Positions 37,293 to 49,800 of a DNA stretch of 64,000 nt are shown here, piece after piece. Made by a program: the position numbers and the translations under genes. Source of the stretch: Lingula anatina (taxonomy: Eukaryota; Animalia; Brachiopoda); the NCBI GenBank assembly GCA_051362555.1, contig CM120640.1, forward strand, positions 7,688,001 through 7,752,000. Reading direction: 5' to 3'. Each line of letters starts with the position of its first letter. Within the stretch, counting starts at the first letter, position 1. The notes below the pieces were generated by a model. It saw only the letters and a list, made by a program, of their open reading frames with translations, made no database searches and was not told the DNA's origin.

Positions 37293-39896
37293 TAAAGGAA
37301 GGCATACTGGGATGAGCTATGATATAGAGCGCCACTATTTCAACAGTCAGTAATAAATCATTGTCAATAAACAATCTAGATACACAACAGCAAACTAATG
37401 TCCTTTACAGAGACTACAGGTTGTTTTCATTAAATATCCACACATTTGTCTCTTGCCGGGGACTTCAAAATTCACAAGCATTATCGGTTACCTCACGTAG
37501 CCTTTGTTTTTACAGTAGTTTGTAATTCTCCATAATACGTTGTTTACAGTCTATAGAGATAAAGTCGTATTGTGTGTTTACCCTCTACCAGGGTCGCAGT
37601 TATTATTGTGGACATTTCTTGCTGATCGATCAGAGGTAGAGGGTAATTCAGTGCTGGCATGGAGGCTGCATTGGGAGCATTGGGTGCATACAATATTAAG
37701 TTATCAATGCAATGTGCCTATCGTGTATTCAGTCGTTACATCGTTTTAAACAGATACATGCATTTTATATCAAAATTTGAGTTTAATGCAATTTGACATT
37801 TGGAGATTTATTTGATAATTTCAGGATATTAGAAACATCATTAGTTTCCACTACTGCCAATAGGCTTATGCGGCGAGGCGAATTCAGGTGCAACAAAAAC
37901 CTCCGCTAACAAAATGTACAACCGAATGTAAAATCTACAAGGAATTCGGATTGTTTAAATCGGCACCTTAAATTTGTCACTGAGTCGGACAACTCCAAAA
38001 GTTGAAGGGTTGTGGATGGTGGTGGGTGGGGTGCCGCCTGATATCAGGGGCTTCTAAAATAGTATACAAATTAACAGACTACTAATGCACCCTGTGGTTT
38101 GTTTCGTCTGCACAGTGATACTGTCTTCCTATCTGGTATACCTATTTGTCTTGGAGGCGGGACCGTATGTCTATCTTAACTTGTCTTTTTAAGGTCATGA
38201 AGACTGCCTCCATTTAAATGGAAGGAAGTGAAAAAAATGGGTAGGGGTCCCCTCTTCCTTTCTCCAGCTCGCAGACTCCAACTAACAAGGAGAAGGAATT
38301 TCTGCATAATTTGGAGAAGTAGATAGGAGTGCGATTTGCCAGGCATACTGGTAAGCTCCTGCAGGAGCCATAGGTCGCATTCAGAACAGCGGACAAACAG
38401 ATCAGAGGATCATACACAGCGACTCACTAAAAACTTGTCACTTAATTCCTGATTAGACACTGAATAGATTCCCGTCGGTGGTTGCGCAACAAGCATTCAA
38501 GTGGGTAGTTGCCCCAATCCATATGCTGAAACCAACATTCTGTTGCCAATGGCTTCACCGTTACTCTGGCACAGAGAGCTTTCGGGGAGCTTCATCTTGC
38601 TCTTGAAAGGATGCCCCGGAGATGCAGTTAACATTTAACTTTTATAACCAGTGCAAAAAATTTTCTTCTTTACATATGCTTGAAATTCACCCCACTATCG
38701 AACGTTGCAATGAAAATGTTATTGAGATAAAAAATTCGTAGCCCAGAAATTCTTGTACTTTACCTGGAGCATAAGAGCCTTAAATTTGTTTTCCCAAAAT
38801 AACAAGAGAGAAAGAGGGGGGAGAAGTTGGGGGTGAAGTGGTCTTACAATTGAAGTTTTTGCAAATCTCTCGCCATCATTCATAAGCCGTGCCAAAAATA
38901 ATTTTGTTCGGAAAACTATTGTAGAATTTCAAAGCCCCAGAACCATTTCAAAGTAACAAGGCAGCGTTGGGATGAAGAGTGAAAAAAACCTTATACTATA
39001 CAGGTGCCATGTACTTGCTCTCGCACTTTATGATATCTGGTTTAATTAGGCTTATTCAGAGTTCAAAAGCCGAATTGCCTCTGGGGACTGGGAACTTTTT
39101 TTCTGCATTATATTTCAAAACTCCATTTCTTTTAATTTTTTACTTTTACATCCCAATGAGAAAGCTCCATTTTTATCTCCGAAATCAAATCTGCACATAA
39201 ATGGACAAACAAAACGAGATATTATAAAGTTGCTATCGCACGTGGATATGTTTATTACTATGTTTTTCAAAATCAACAGATTGAGACATTGCTGAGGCTG
39301 GTCAACATAATATATAAAAATAATTTAGTGTTAAAATGTATGATGCAGTGATTATGAATATAATTAAATAAAGGTATTTTCAAGAAGTCAACATGCACTG
39401 AAAATCGGATACACTGGAATTACGTATGGTCTGCTACACTGAGATAAAGAAGTAGTACATATATGAAAATATGCAAAATAACCGAATGACCAGAAATCAG
39501 CAAAATGAATTGAATAATTGAATAACTTTGAAATAGTATATTATTGTAAACTTATAGCACCTTTAAGTTGAATTTGTGTCACTGAAATCCACGTTTACAT
39601 GCAATACATTTATGTGTCGCCTATGTATTTGTCAAACAATTCCTATTCGTATGATTGTTTGAAATTTTGGATTATTGTCTTTAAAACGTGTCAAATTATA
39701 TAATATCCTAAAATGTATAATTGCTAGCATGAAGCGTAATATATGGAACGACTATATTTGTTCTGTATCTTTTCAAAAATTATACCTTATATTTGTATTG
39801 GTATATTATCTTACTTCATATTTGAATAAAGCAGCAAATTAAGATTTTGATTATCTAGCTATCAATATCAAGCTTGACGACTGATGGTATCATAAC

Positions 39897-40867
39897 TTAA
39901 TCCCTGTTGGCTGGCAAGTGAGAAAAATCCGGCAGATCACGAGTCTGAAAACGGAACGGTTCGGTAAGTGTTGAATGAACACGTGGTACTTGCTTCAAGC
40001 GCCCTGCGTCGCTTTTCATCAAGGTGTTCACGTGCTGAAAAAGCCTATAAATGCTAAGCTCTTTCGTCATTTCGCTGACCAGATGTTTGGTGAAATTGCT
40101 CAAGGATGTTCGGTCGCCGGCAGAAGAGAGGGTATCGTCCGCGCATGAATACATCTTAACAAACCCATACCCCTGGTGGGACTCATTTAAGCGACGGAAA
40201 TCTCTCCCATTCTCATCGCTGCTGGGCTCGACGCTCGTAGTTGCGGCGCGATTTTCGTCAGTACTCTGAGTACTGTTTTCCTCTTCGTCGTCACGTTCTT
40301 CCACTTGTGTACAACTTGCTTCTTCAAAGACACCATCATCATCATCATCCAGATAACTGCGTGAAAGATCGTCCACGGCCTTCCTACACTCTTCTGAAAC
40401 TTGGTCGTGGAACTGACCTGTTCCTCTGCAGGCATCGATGATAGAAATCTTCACCCTTGCCCCAGTCTTCATCAACAGCGTTTCAATTTGGCGAATATTT
40501 ATGTATGAACTCGTCGTGGTTGAACTCGTCGTGGTTGCTTCCTCCCAGTGCCGGCGGTCATCGCTGTCGGGAACTATGAAGTGAAACCCTTTCTCGGCTG
40601 ATCCATGCCCAGAGAAGTAGAACAGCACAACTTGGTCTTTCTCTGTCGGAATATTCTCTAAAGCTGAAATGATCTGATCTTTGGTTGCGTTCTTCAATGT
40701 GCGCACCTCGAAGGGAAGGCGAAGACTTTTTAGTTCTCTTTCCATGGCGTCGGCGTCGTTGGCACAGCACATGAGTTTGTTCCGCGTATCGGGGTCGCTG
40801 ACGTAAGTGTTTCCCACAATAATGGCCTTCCTGTCACTGACGTTACTATAAGGAAGAGAGCGGAGAC
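39897..40867 (-). CDS. Terminal exon of copy B: peptidase C14 domain
   Basis: Same SGHG and DACR dyad as copy A. Acceptor tgtttccAG at 40869-40868. Linker has a 34-codon deletion relative to A. Confidence 0.92.
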
Positions 40868-43800
40868 CTGGAAACAATAAATATGGTGCTGTCACTTTCG
40901 CTCTCACAAATCTGTATATTTCAGTTATGACTTGTATATTATCATTGCTTCACATCCGTATTTATATTTGTAATGGTTTTTATATTTTACCTGTAGGAAT
41001 GGTAAACTGTCCACCAATTTTCTCCCAAAACACAACGGCAAGTGTGTCGCCGCCCTTCTTGGTCGCCTTATATTCCCTGTGAAAAAAAAAGATTTTGTTT
41101 TGCTTAGTTTTCACTATAAAATAGCCAACTAGTAATAAAATAGCAAACTAGTATTAGAAATAAGTGATAACCGTCTTGGTTGTCGATACTGAAAAAATGT
41201 CACAATTCCTTCACTTTCACTTCATTTTGAAGGATACATCAAAAAGTGGCTGAAATACACGGAATAAAGACCGAATCGCATTTAACATGTTAAAGACAAA
41301 TGGTACATACCGCCCTATGATTTCTTCACAGGTTGAGCAGCATACTGGACAAAACTCTTTATAATCCTTAAACCAGCCATCCCCTGCCTATTGAGAAAAT
41401 CCATTTTTATCAGTAAAAACATAAGCGCAAATATCGATATTAATATACACCATACTCGGTGTCAAGGTCCCTCCATCCCCATCACACTTATAACTCTTTA
41501 ATACTTCAAATAGTCTGTGACTTGGATGTTAAATAACTGGTTAAAAATGCACAGTGGTGGTAAAATGCGTATTACTTTTTGCTTATTTGCAAAATGCAGC
41601 TCTACTGCATTTTCATGATTTTGCAACCAACCACGTTTTGCACGCGGGAAAAAGAGTAATTTTCTCTCCGTCATCTTTTCTTGGCACCTTTTGTTTGTCA
41701 AGTCTTTATGGAAACGTCATCGTTTGGTTTTGTTGTTTGAATTCATTGACTTCGATGTGGTTTCTTATAATTACCTTTACAGGGTCCCCTCTGTTTCCCA
41801 TCAACTTATCACCTGTTACGGTTAGAATCTTTCTTAGGATACCTGGAAATAGACGTTTTATTTGAGGGCCCAACACGGTATACACCATATCATGTCACAC
41901 CTAACAAAGCAGCCTTTTACGCTCATTCAAAACAAAGATGGGATTCCAAAATTTACCCAACGCGCAACACAATGTTCACCGTATACAATTATCTTTCCAC
42001 TGGAACTGAGACTCAACTTCTCAGTATCCCCCCCACCCTATAACCTTCACATTTTCACTTTTTCTAAAACGGTTTATGTTTATGAGTGCTATCAACTCAA
42101 GACTCCATGTGCTTGCCAAACTAACTTTATTCCAGATATCACTACGCAGAGTGATTAGGTTGTAGTGTGCGTTAGGGTTATAGGTATATGTATATACGCA
42201 TAACAAAGTAGTTCTATTTACATCTCCCCTTTTCTAGAAAGCTATAACAATAAAGGGAACCGGAGAAGATCAGCATTGGTCAGAATTGTGCCGGAAGTGA
42301 CGTGCAGTGGTGTTAGAAACGAAGCTGAGTGGTCATTTTAACATAGAGGTGAACGGCAGTGAAGACGGGTTGTCGGAGGTAAAAGAAGTTTTCTAAACAA
42401 CATGGTAAGATAACTCTCTTTTTTTACGCATTTTGGGCAGAGAAAACTTGTAGAAATAATAAATGCATGATATGAAAACGTGACACGGAACTTGAAGGTG
42501 CAAAATCGTGCTTAATTTGCGGTCAACTTGTTTAGAAATAAATGCTGCGTCCACCGCCAGCGCGACAAAAAGCGTAAAGGGGAAATAATTCCCGGGAGTC
42601 TATAAATCGTTGTCATGTGGGAATTTGGCATTAATATAATCCGATATGTCCATATCTAAGTATTTTGGGGTGTTTTATGGTATGGGCTGCAATTACAACG
42701 ATGTTTTAGAGGTCTTGAAGGACCTTGTGGAAACCAGGAAGTAGTTCGTAACTAACAAGTGGAATGTACCGATCTCCGACTGCTGTGCACAGCTGTATCT
42801 TTTTTTCAATATATTGACGAATTTTTAGATCTTTATATGTCCATCTGGCATGAAATTTCACACACATGATCACACTGATATACCTTTTACACTGGGGAAG
42901 GCGCTAATCAGAAACAAATGCCAAGACAAAGGTGACATTCTGACAGCCTCTTATCTGAGTTAAAAATCACTGACAAAAGAGACTGGCAATCAATTTCCTC
43001 AGGCTGGCAATCATTAGCCTATAGAAATTGGTCATGTTACATCTTATCTACCTGTGAGAATCGTTTTACCAACTGAGTATTGTATAATAATGTCAATTAT
43101 TAGTACTTTGAGCTAGTCTTAATTACCTGTCAGCTCACCTGAATTCTCTTTTTGTCTTTTTGGGAAGATCTTGTCAGTGAAATGTTTTATTTGTCCTGTG
43201 ACAAAAATTCGTCAATATATTGAAAAAAAGATACAGCTGTGCACAGCAGTCGGAGATCGGTACACTTCACTTGTTAGTTACGAACTACTTCCTGGTTTTC
43301 ACAAGGTCCTTCAAGAACTCTAATACATCGTTGTAATTGCAGCCCATACCATAAAACACCCAAAAATACTTAGATATGGACATATCGGATTATATTAATG
43401 CCAAATTTCCACATGGCGACGATTTACAGACTCCCGGGAATTATTTCCCCTTTACGCTTTTTGTCGCGCTGGCGGTCGACGCAGCATTTATTTCTAAACA
43501 AGTTGACCGCAAATTAAGCACGATTTTGCACCTTCAAGTTCCGTGTCACGTTTTCATATCACGCATTTATTATTTCTACAAGTTTTCTCTGCCCAAAATG
43601 CGTAAAAAAGAGAGTTATCTTACCATGTTGTTTAGAAAACTTCTTTTTCCTCCGACAACCCGTCTTCACTGCCGTTCACCTCTATGTTAAAATGACCACT
43701 CAGCTTCGTTTCTAACACCACTGCACGTCACTTCCGGCACAATTCTGACCAATGCTGATCTTCTCCGGTTCCCTTTATTAAATTACTGGACTGCTGTAAC

Positions 43801-46800
43801 TGTAGCTCAGTATTGCTAGCTCTAGATAGTCCCTTGATTTTGGCACTGTAACTTTTTACTGATTGTATTTCTAATGAATAACTTTGAGTGTTTTAAGTAA
43901 AGTCAATAATGAACAATCAACATTAACATCAAAGTCAAACAATCAACATTAACATCAAAGTCAACATTTTTTTTAATGTTCAATGAAAGAAAAGTCTCTG
44001 TCCTCCTGAATGAATTTGATCTGACATTAATTAACTGTGACAAATAAACGAACAGTCTCTGAATGATTGCAAACTTTGCAATGTTAACAGTCTCTTATAT
44101 TCACAGTCTTTAGTGTACTCTCAACAGTCTCTGAATTCACTTTCAACAGTCTAACTTTAGTGTATTCTCAACAGTCTCTGAATTCACTTTCAACAGTTTG
44201 TCAATTACAGTCTGTCTGATCCTTTCCTTTCCCAGAAAGTAAAGTAAAAAGAATGTCACTGAAAATATTGCATAACTTAGTGCTTTCCTGCACTGGCACT
44301 CTGAAATAACAATACATAACAAACACAAATGAATGTCAGTCCTCATGTATGGTTTATTCCTCTATCAGTCTTTTGGGTGGTCTTATAACTCTCCCACTTC
44401 TCGTAATTTTCGCACTGTCCTGATTATCTGGTTTCATATCCCCTGAATCTGGTGATAATTTGTGCTGGTCTGGCATTTTCAGGATGTGTCTTCTGTTCCT
44501 GCGAAGTTCACTGCCATCATCACACTGGACATTGTAGGATCTCGGGGCAGTTTCCTTGGTGATTATCCCTGGTTTGTTGTAACCTGTTTTGCTTTCCAGC
44601 ATGACTCTGTCACCTGGTTGCAATGCTGGGAGTGGTTTAGCTGTCTTGTCATATGTGTTTTTCTGCTGTAATCTCCTTTCTGAAAGGCGGTGTGTAATTA
44701 TCTCTGGGTCAAGTATTTTCTGAGCTAGTAATGATTCATTTATAGGTATGTCACTTTTGGTGCGACGTGCCATCATCCTCTGGGCCGCTGATCCAAGCAC
44801 TGGATCTCTTGGTACATTTCTGCTATTTAGCAGGTTTAAATAAGGGTCACTGCCTTCACGTGCACTTTTCTCTAGAAGCGCTTTTGCTGCCTGTACTGCT
44901 CTTTCTGCCAATCCATTACTAGACGGAAAATGGGGGCTACTGGTTACATGGTTGAACTTCCAAGCTTGGCTGAATTCCTTGAATTCTCTGGCACTGAATT
45001 GTGGACCATTGTCAAAAATGAGGATATCTGGAATGCCAAATCTTGCAAAATGCGACTTAAGTTTTTTTATAACTGTTGCACTGGCTGTACTGTTCCCTAG
45101 GGTATTGACTTCATACCAGCTAGTGTACGAGTCTACTGCTACCATGTAGTTTACACCTCTCCACTCGAATAAATCTGTAGCCACAATAGACCATGGTCTG
45201 GTCGGTACTGGGTAAGACATAAGTGGTTCTTTCTGCTGGTGCTTTTTCATAGACAGGCACACGGTACAGTTTTCTACAATACTGTCAATGTCTTTCATCA
45301 TGCTGGGCCAATACATTATGTCTTTAGCCCTCGACTTTGTTGCTTGACAGCCTGCGTGTCCTCTGTGTGCTTTCAATGCATATTCATGCTGTAAAGTTGC
45401 TGGCACGATGATCCGGCTTCCTTTCAGCACTACACCTTGATCAACTATGATCTCATCTCGGAATGCGAAATATTGTCTCAAATCTGGGTCACAGTTCTTT
45501 TCACTTTTAGGCCATCCCTCATGAACTGTACTGCATACTTTCTTCAGTATAGGGTCCTTGGCTGTGGCTGCTTTTAGCTCTTCCATCCTGTAGTCTGCGA
45601 CAGGTATTATGGACAGAACTTCCACGTCACTGCTCTCAGATTCATCCTTGCTTTCATTCAAGTATGCCCTTGACAGTGTATCAGCAACCAACAAATCTTT
45701 CCCTTTCTTGTATACCAGTCTGATGCGGTATGGTTGCAGCTGTAGTAGCATTCGTTGCAGTCTTGCTGGGGCACTTGCTAGTGGCTTTTTCCATATGGAG
45801 ATCAGTGGTTGGTGGTCAGTTTCAATGGTTATGTCCTTGCCATATATATAATCTCGGAATTTGGCGCATGCAAAAACTACTGCGAGAAGTTCCTTCTCAA
45901 TTTGGGCATAGCGTTTCTCTGCGTCTGACATTGCTCTGGATGCATATGCCACTGGTTTCCCATTCTGTAGACATGCAGCTCCTAAGCCTGCTTGTGAAGC
46001 ATCACAGGTCAGCGTGACTTCCTTGGAAACATCATAGTATGCTAAACAGGAATCCTGACTTATCTCCTGCTTGATTGCTTCTAAGGCTGTGTCATGTGCA
46101 TGGTTCCAAACAAATAAGTTATCTTTGCGTAGAAGTTCATTAAGTGGTGCGCACTTCTCACTAAGCTGTGGAATGAACTTGGACAGGTACTTGGTCATAC
46201 CTAGAAAACGTAACAACTCTGTCTTGTCTCTGGGTTTGGGCATCTCCTGGATTGCTCTGACCTTCTCTGGGTCTGGTTTGAGACCATCAGCTGTGAATGT
46301 GTGTCCCACATAGTTCACACTGGTCATCTTGTATCTGCACTTGGATGCGTTGAGTTTTATGTTGATTTCTTTCAACTTCTGAAGAACTGCTCTCAAATTT
46401 TTGTCGTGTTCCTCTTCTGTCGCGCCTGACACTAGGATGTCATCCATTATGATTTTACATGGCAGCCCGTTCATCAAGTTTTCTATTGCTTGCTGGTATA
46501 CTTCTGATGCTGAGCTGATTCCCATTGGCAGTCGTAGGTATCTGTAGCGACTGAATGGTGTACCAAATGTGGTCAGGTAAGAAGATTCTTCTTCTAATGG
46601 AATGCAGTAAAAGGCCTGCTTGGCATCTAAAACAGTGAAGTAATGCACATTGGGCATATCACTTATGATTTCATCCACGGTTCTCATGGGGTACCTGGGA
46701 CGCTTGATTGCCTTGTTAAGGTCACCTGGATCAATGCATATCCTTATTGTGTCCGTGTTTTTCTTCGTGGTTACCACCATTGCTGAAACCCAATCTGTAG

Positions 46801-49800
46801 GTTTGGTCACCTTGGCTATGATTCCTTGGCTTTCCATTCTTCTTAGTTCCTGCTTGACCTTGTCTTTAACAGCAACAGGTAGCTTGCGTACTGGCCTGAC
46901 TACTGGGGTCACTTGGGAGTCAACTGTAATCTTGTACTTCACAGGTAGTTGTCCCAACCTTTGGTCAAAAATATCTGGGAATTCTGCAAACATGTCTGGT
47001 GTGGTGCTCACGCTGTACACACTTTCTCCCAGTTGTAACAGCTTCAGCCTCATACAGTCTGGTAGTCCTAATAATGTCTGGACATTGGCATCAATGACAT
47101 TGAATTTAATGTCATGTGTTTCACCTCTAAGTTCACAGGATAAAATGGCACTTCCCACTGGAGTTATGGCATCTCCAGTAAAGCCAATAAGTTTCATTTT
47201 GTCTGCTGTGTTGATGCTTTCTCTGTCTCGAAGCATATCAAACGTTGCTAGGCTCATTACATTGCATTTAGCTCCTGTGTCAACTTTGACTTCTGTGCTC
47301 ACATCATGGACTAGAAACTTTACATGTAAGTCTTTCTTTGCTGCGTGTGGGCTATGCACTGAGTCAATTACAAGTAAATCTGCTTCAGTGTCACTGCAAG
47401 AGTCAGTGTTAACTTCTCTAATGACCTTGAGTGTACGGGGTGATTTACTTTTCTGTGACTGGCTTCTACATGCAACTTGGAAATGATTGAGCTTACCGCA
47501 CTTGTGGCAACTTTTACCATAAGCTGGGCACTTTCCTTTGGCGTGACTACTGCTACAGTTTCTGCATTTGGCCGTCTCACTTGCTTGTGATCTGCCATGG
47601 CTAAAAGCCTGTCGTGGCTTCTGTGCCTTCTTTTTGTTGACTAGATGCACTGTCACTGGATTCTGCTGTTGCATTTGCTTGGCGTCGACCTCGGAGCACT
47701 CGTGAATTTGACAAATGTGCACCGCTTTTGTAAGTGTGAGGTTATTCTCTCTCAACAACACCTTTCTGGTATTCTCATGTTTTATACCGATGACTATTCT
47801 GTCTCGTAACATGTCTTCCTCAAGGTTACCATAGTTGCAGCTTTTGATTTTGTGTTTCAGGTCAGCTAAAAATGACTGAAATCGCTCGCCATCTTGTTGC
47901 GCGCGTAAATTAAATCTGTATCGTTCAAGTATAACGTTGGTTCTGGGATTACAAATCTCACTGAACTTGGCCTTTAAAATGTCTGGATCTTCTTTGTCTT
48001 CATCGTCATTGAATGTAAATGATTCAAATTTTTCGATAGCATCGCTACCGGCGAGATTTAATAGCATGTACGCTTTCTGCTTTGGCGTTTTCTCGCTATA
48101 GCAAGCTCCAACATATATATCGTACTCACGCACGAAAGTTTTCCAGTTCTGTTCTACGTTTCCTTCGAATGACAAAGGAGTAGGTTTTCTGAGTCCTTCC
48201 GCCATAATTTATAATGCTTTTTCAGTCAGCGGGTTTCCTACAAACAGGTAAATCATCCCGATTCTGACACCATGTTTATGAGTGCTATCAACTCAAGACT
48301 CCATGTGCTTGCCAAACTAACTTTATTCCAGATATCACTACGCAGAGTGATTAGGTTGTAGTGTGCGTTAGGGTTATAGGTATATGTATATACGCATAAC
48401 AAAGTAGTTCTATTTACAGTTTAGCATTTTAAAAATTATGTCATAGCTATCGAGTGAAGTATTTCTGGCATTACCCATGGTCTTCTTTTCGTTTTTAACC
48501 GAAACATTTTAATGTCACATTTTAAACACTAACCGTGTTCATCCTTTAGGACTGGAACGCGGACTCCAAACACTCGACCAATAATTGTACTCTCCTTGTA
48601 GACTATCTTGGATGACACTGGATCCTTGGGAACGATATCTTCCAGTTGGAATAAATGGTTCCTACAGGACTGACACCACAACCATCCTGTTGGGGCAAAA
48701 TAAATTATATATTAGTGGGCGAAGGCCTTCATCAGACTGATGTGAGTAAATGTTGACACTCACTGATCGCTAGGTGGTATAGCGCTCATTAGTGGGAAAA
48801 TTTATGTCACCATGTAATGAACTCTAACGACTTAGTGGATAAAGTGAAGGATATCATTCTGGGACTACAGGAAGCCCTAGTATCGTATGATGTGAGTGCA
48901 CTATTCACTAGTGTAGGCCTACCGACTTACACCGACATACACTGACACGATGAAGATAGGCTATAGTGAAGAGGTTAGTGTCAAGTTATCTCTGAAGCTC
49001 AGGGTGTGGGCAGTCCAATCAGTCTTATTGTGGCCAGTCTGTATATGGAGTACTTTGAGGATCCCGCAATGGGATCTATGTCCAATCCTCCACGTCTTTG
49101 TTTGAGATATGTAGACGACACGTTCACCATCTGCCACAGAATCCACATAACTACTATCACTGACTTTATCGACAGTCAAGACCGTAACATCAAGTTCACT
49201 AGAGAGCTGGAGGAAAACAATTCCATTGGTATTTGGGGTAGTAAATACTTTAAAACACAGGTGCAACACGATCGTGACAAATGAGGAAGACAAGACACTG
49301 GAGAACAAGACACTAAATGAGGCTCTCATGACGTGTGGTTACCCACCCTGGGCTTTAAAGACAAAACCTCGCCAAGACCAACCGTGAGCCAACAGATACA
49401 GACAGGAAAAACAGTTAGTGATTCTCCCTTATTGTAAAGGAATTTCAGAGAAAGTGTGCAGGATCTACAAAAAGCACAGTGTCAACACAGCCTTTAGGCC
49501 CCAGTACAAACACATTGAAACAATTGTAACATGATGTTAACATCTAGTTAGTAGGCTTGTTAAGGGGTCAAACGCTGCATTTTATAGTACAAATGTCTAA
49601 CTTGGCATAAATGTTCCTTGGGCCAAAAGAAATTTTTTTATCCAAAGAGACGCGCTCTATCCATGCATAAATTAGCATAAATTATGAAAATTAGGTGCCA
49701 AAATATATAATATTTCATATTCCCATTAATTTTTGACCTAGAAACATGTATAGATTATCAAACCTGACTAAATTAGGGACAAGGAACCCATTTTTGATCA

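Larger units (their letters stand above)
42077..48418 (-). mobile_element. Full-length Ty3/Gypsy LTR retrotransposon (Mag-like) in intron 10 of copy B
   Basis: Identical 146-bp LTRs at 42077-42222 and 48273-48418 (TG...CA). TSD GTTTA. PBS tggtgtcagaa (tRNA-Leu-like) next to the 5' LTR and PPT aaaaaggggaga before the 3' LTR. Confidence 0.97.

Noticed and set aside
46650-47486. 278-aa plus-strand ORF and other ORFs overlapping gag-pol
   Set aside because: Antisense shadows of the Gypsy ORF with no recognisable motifs.
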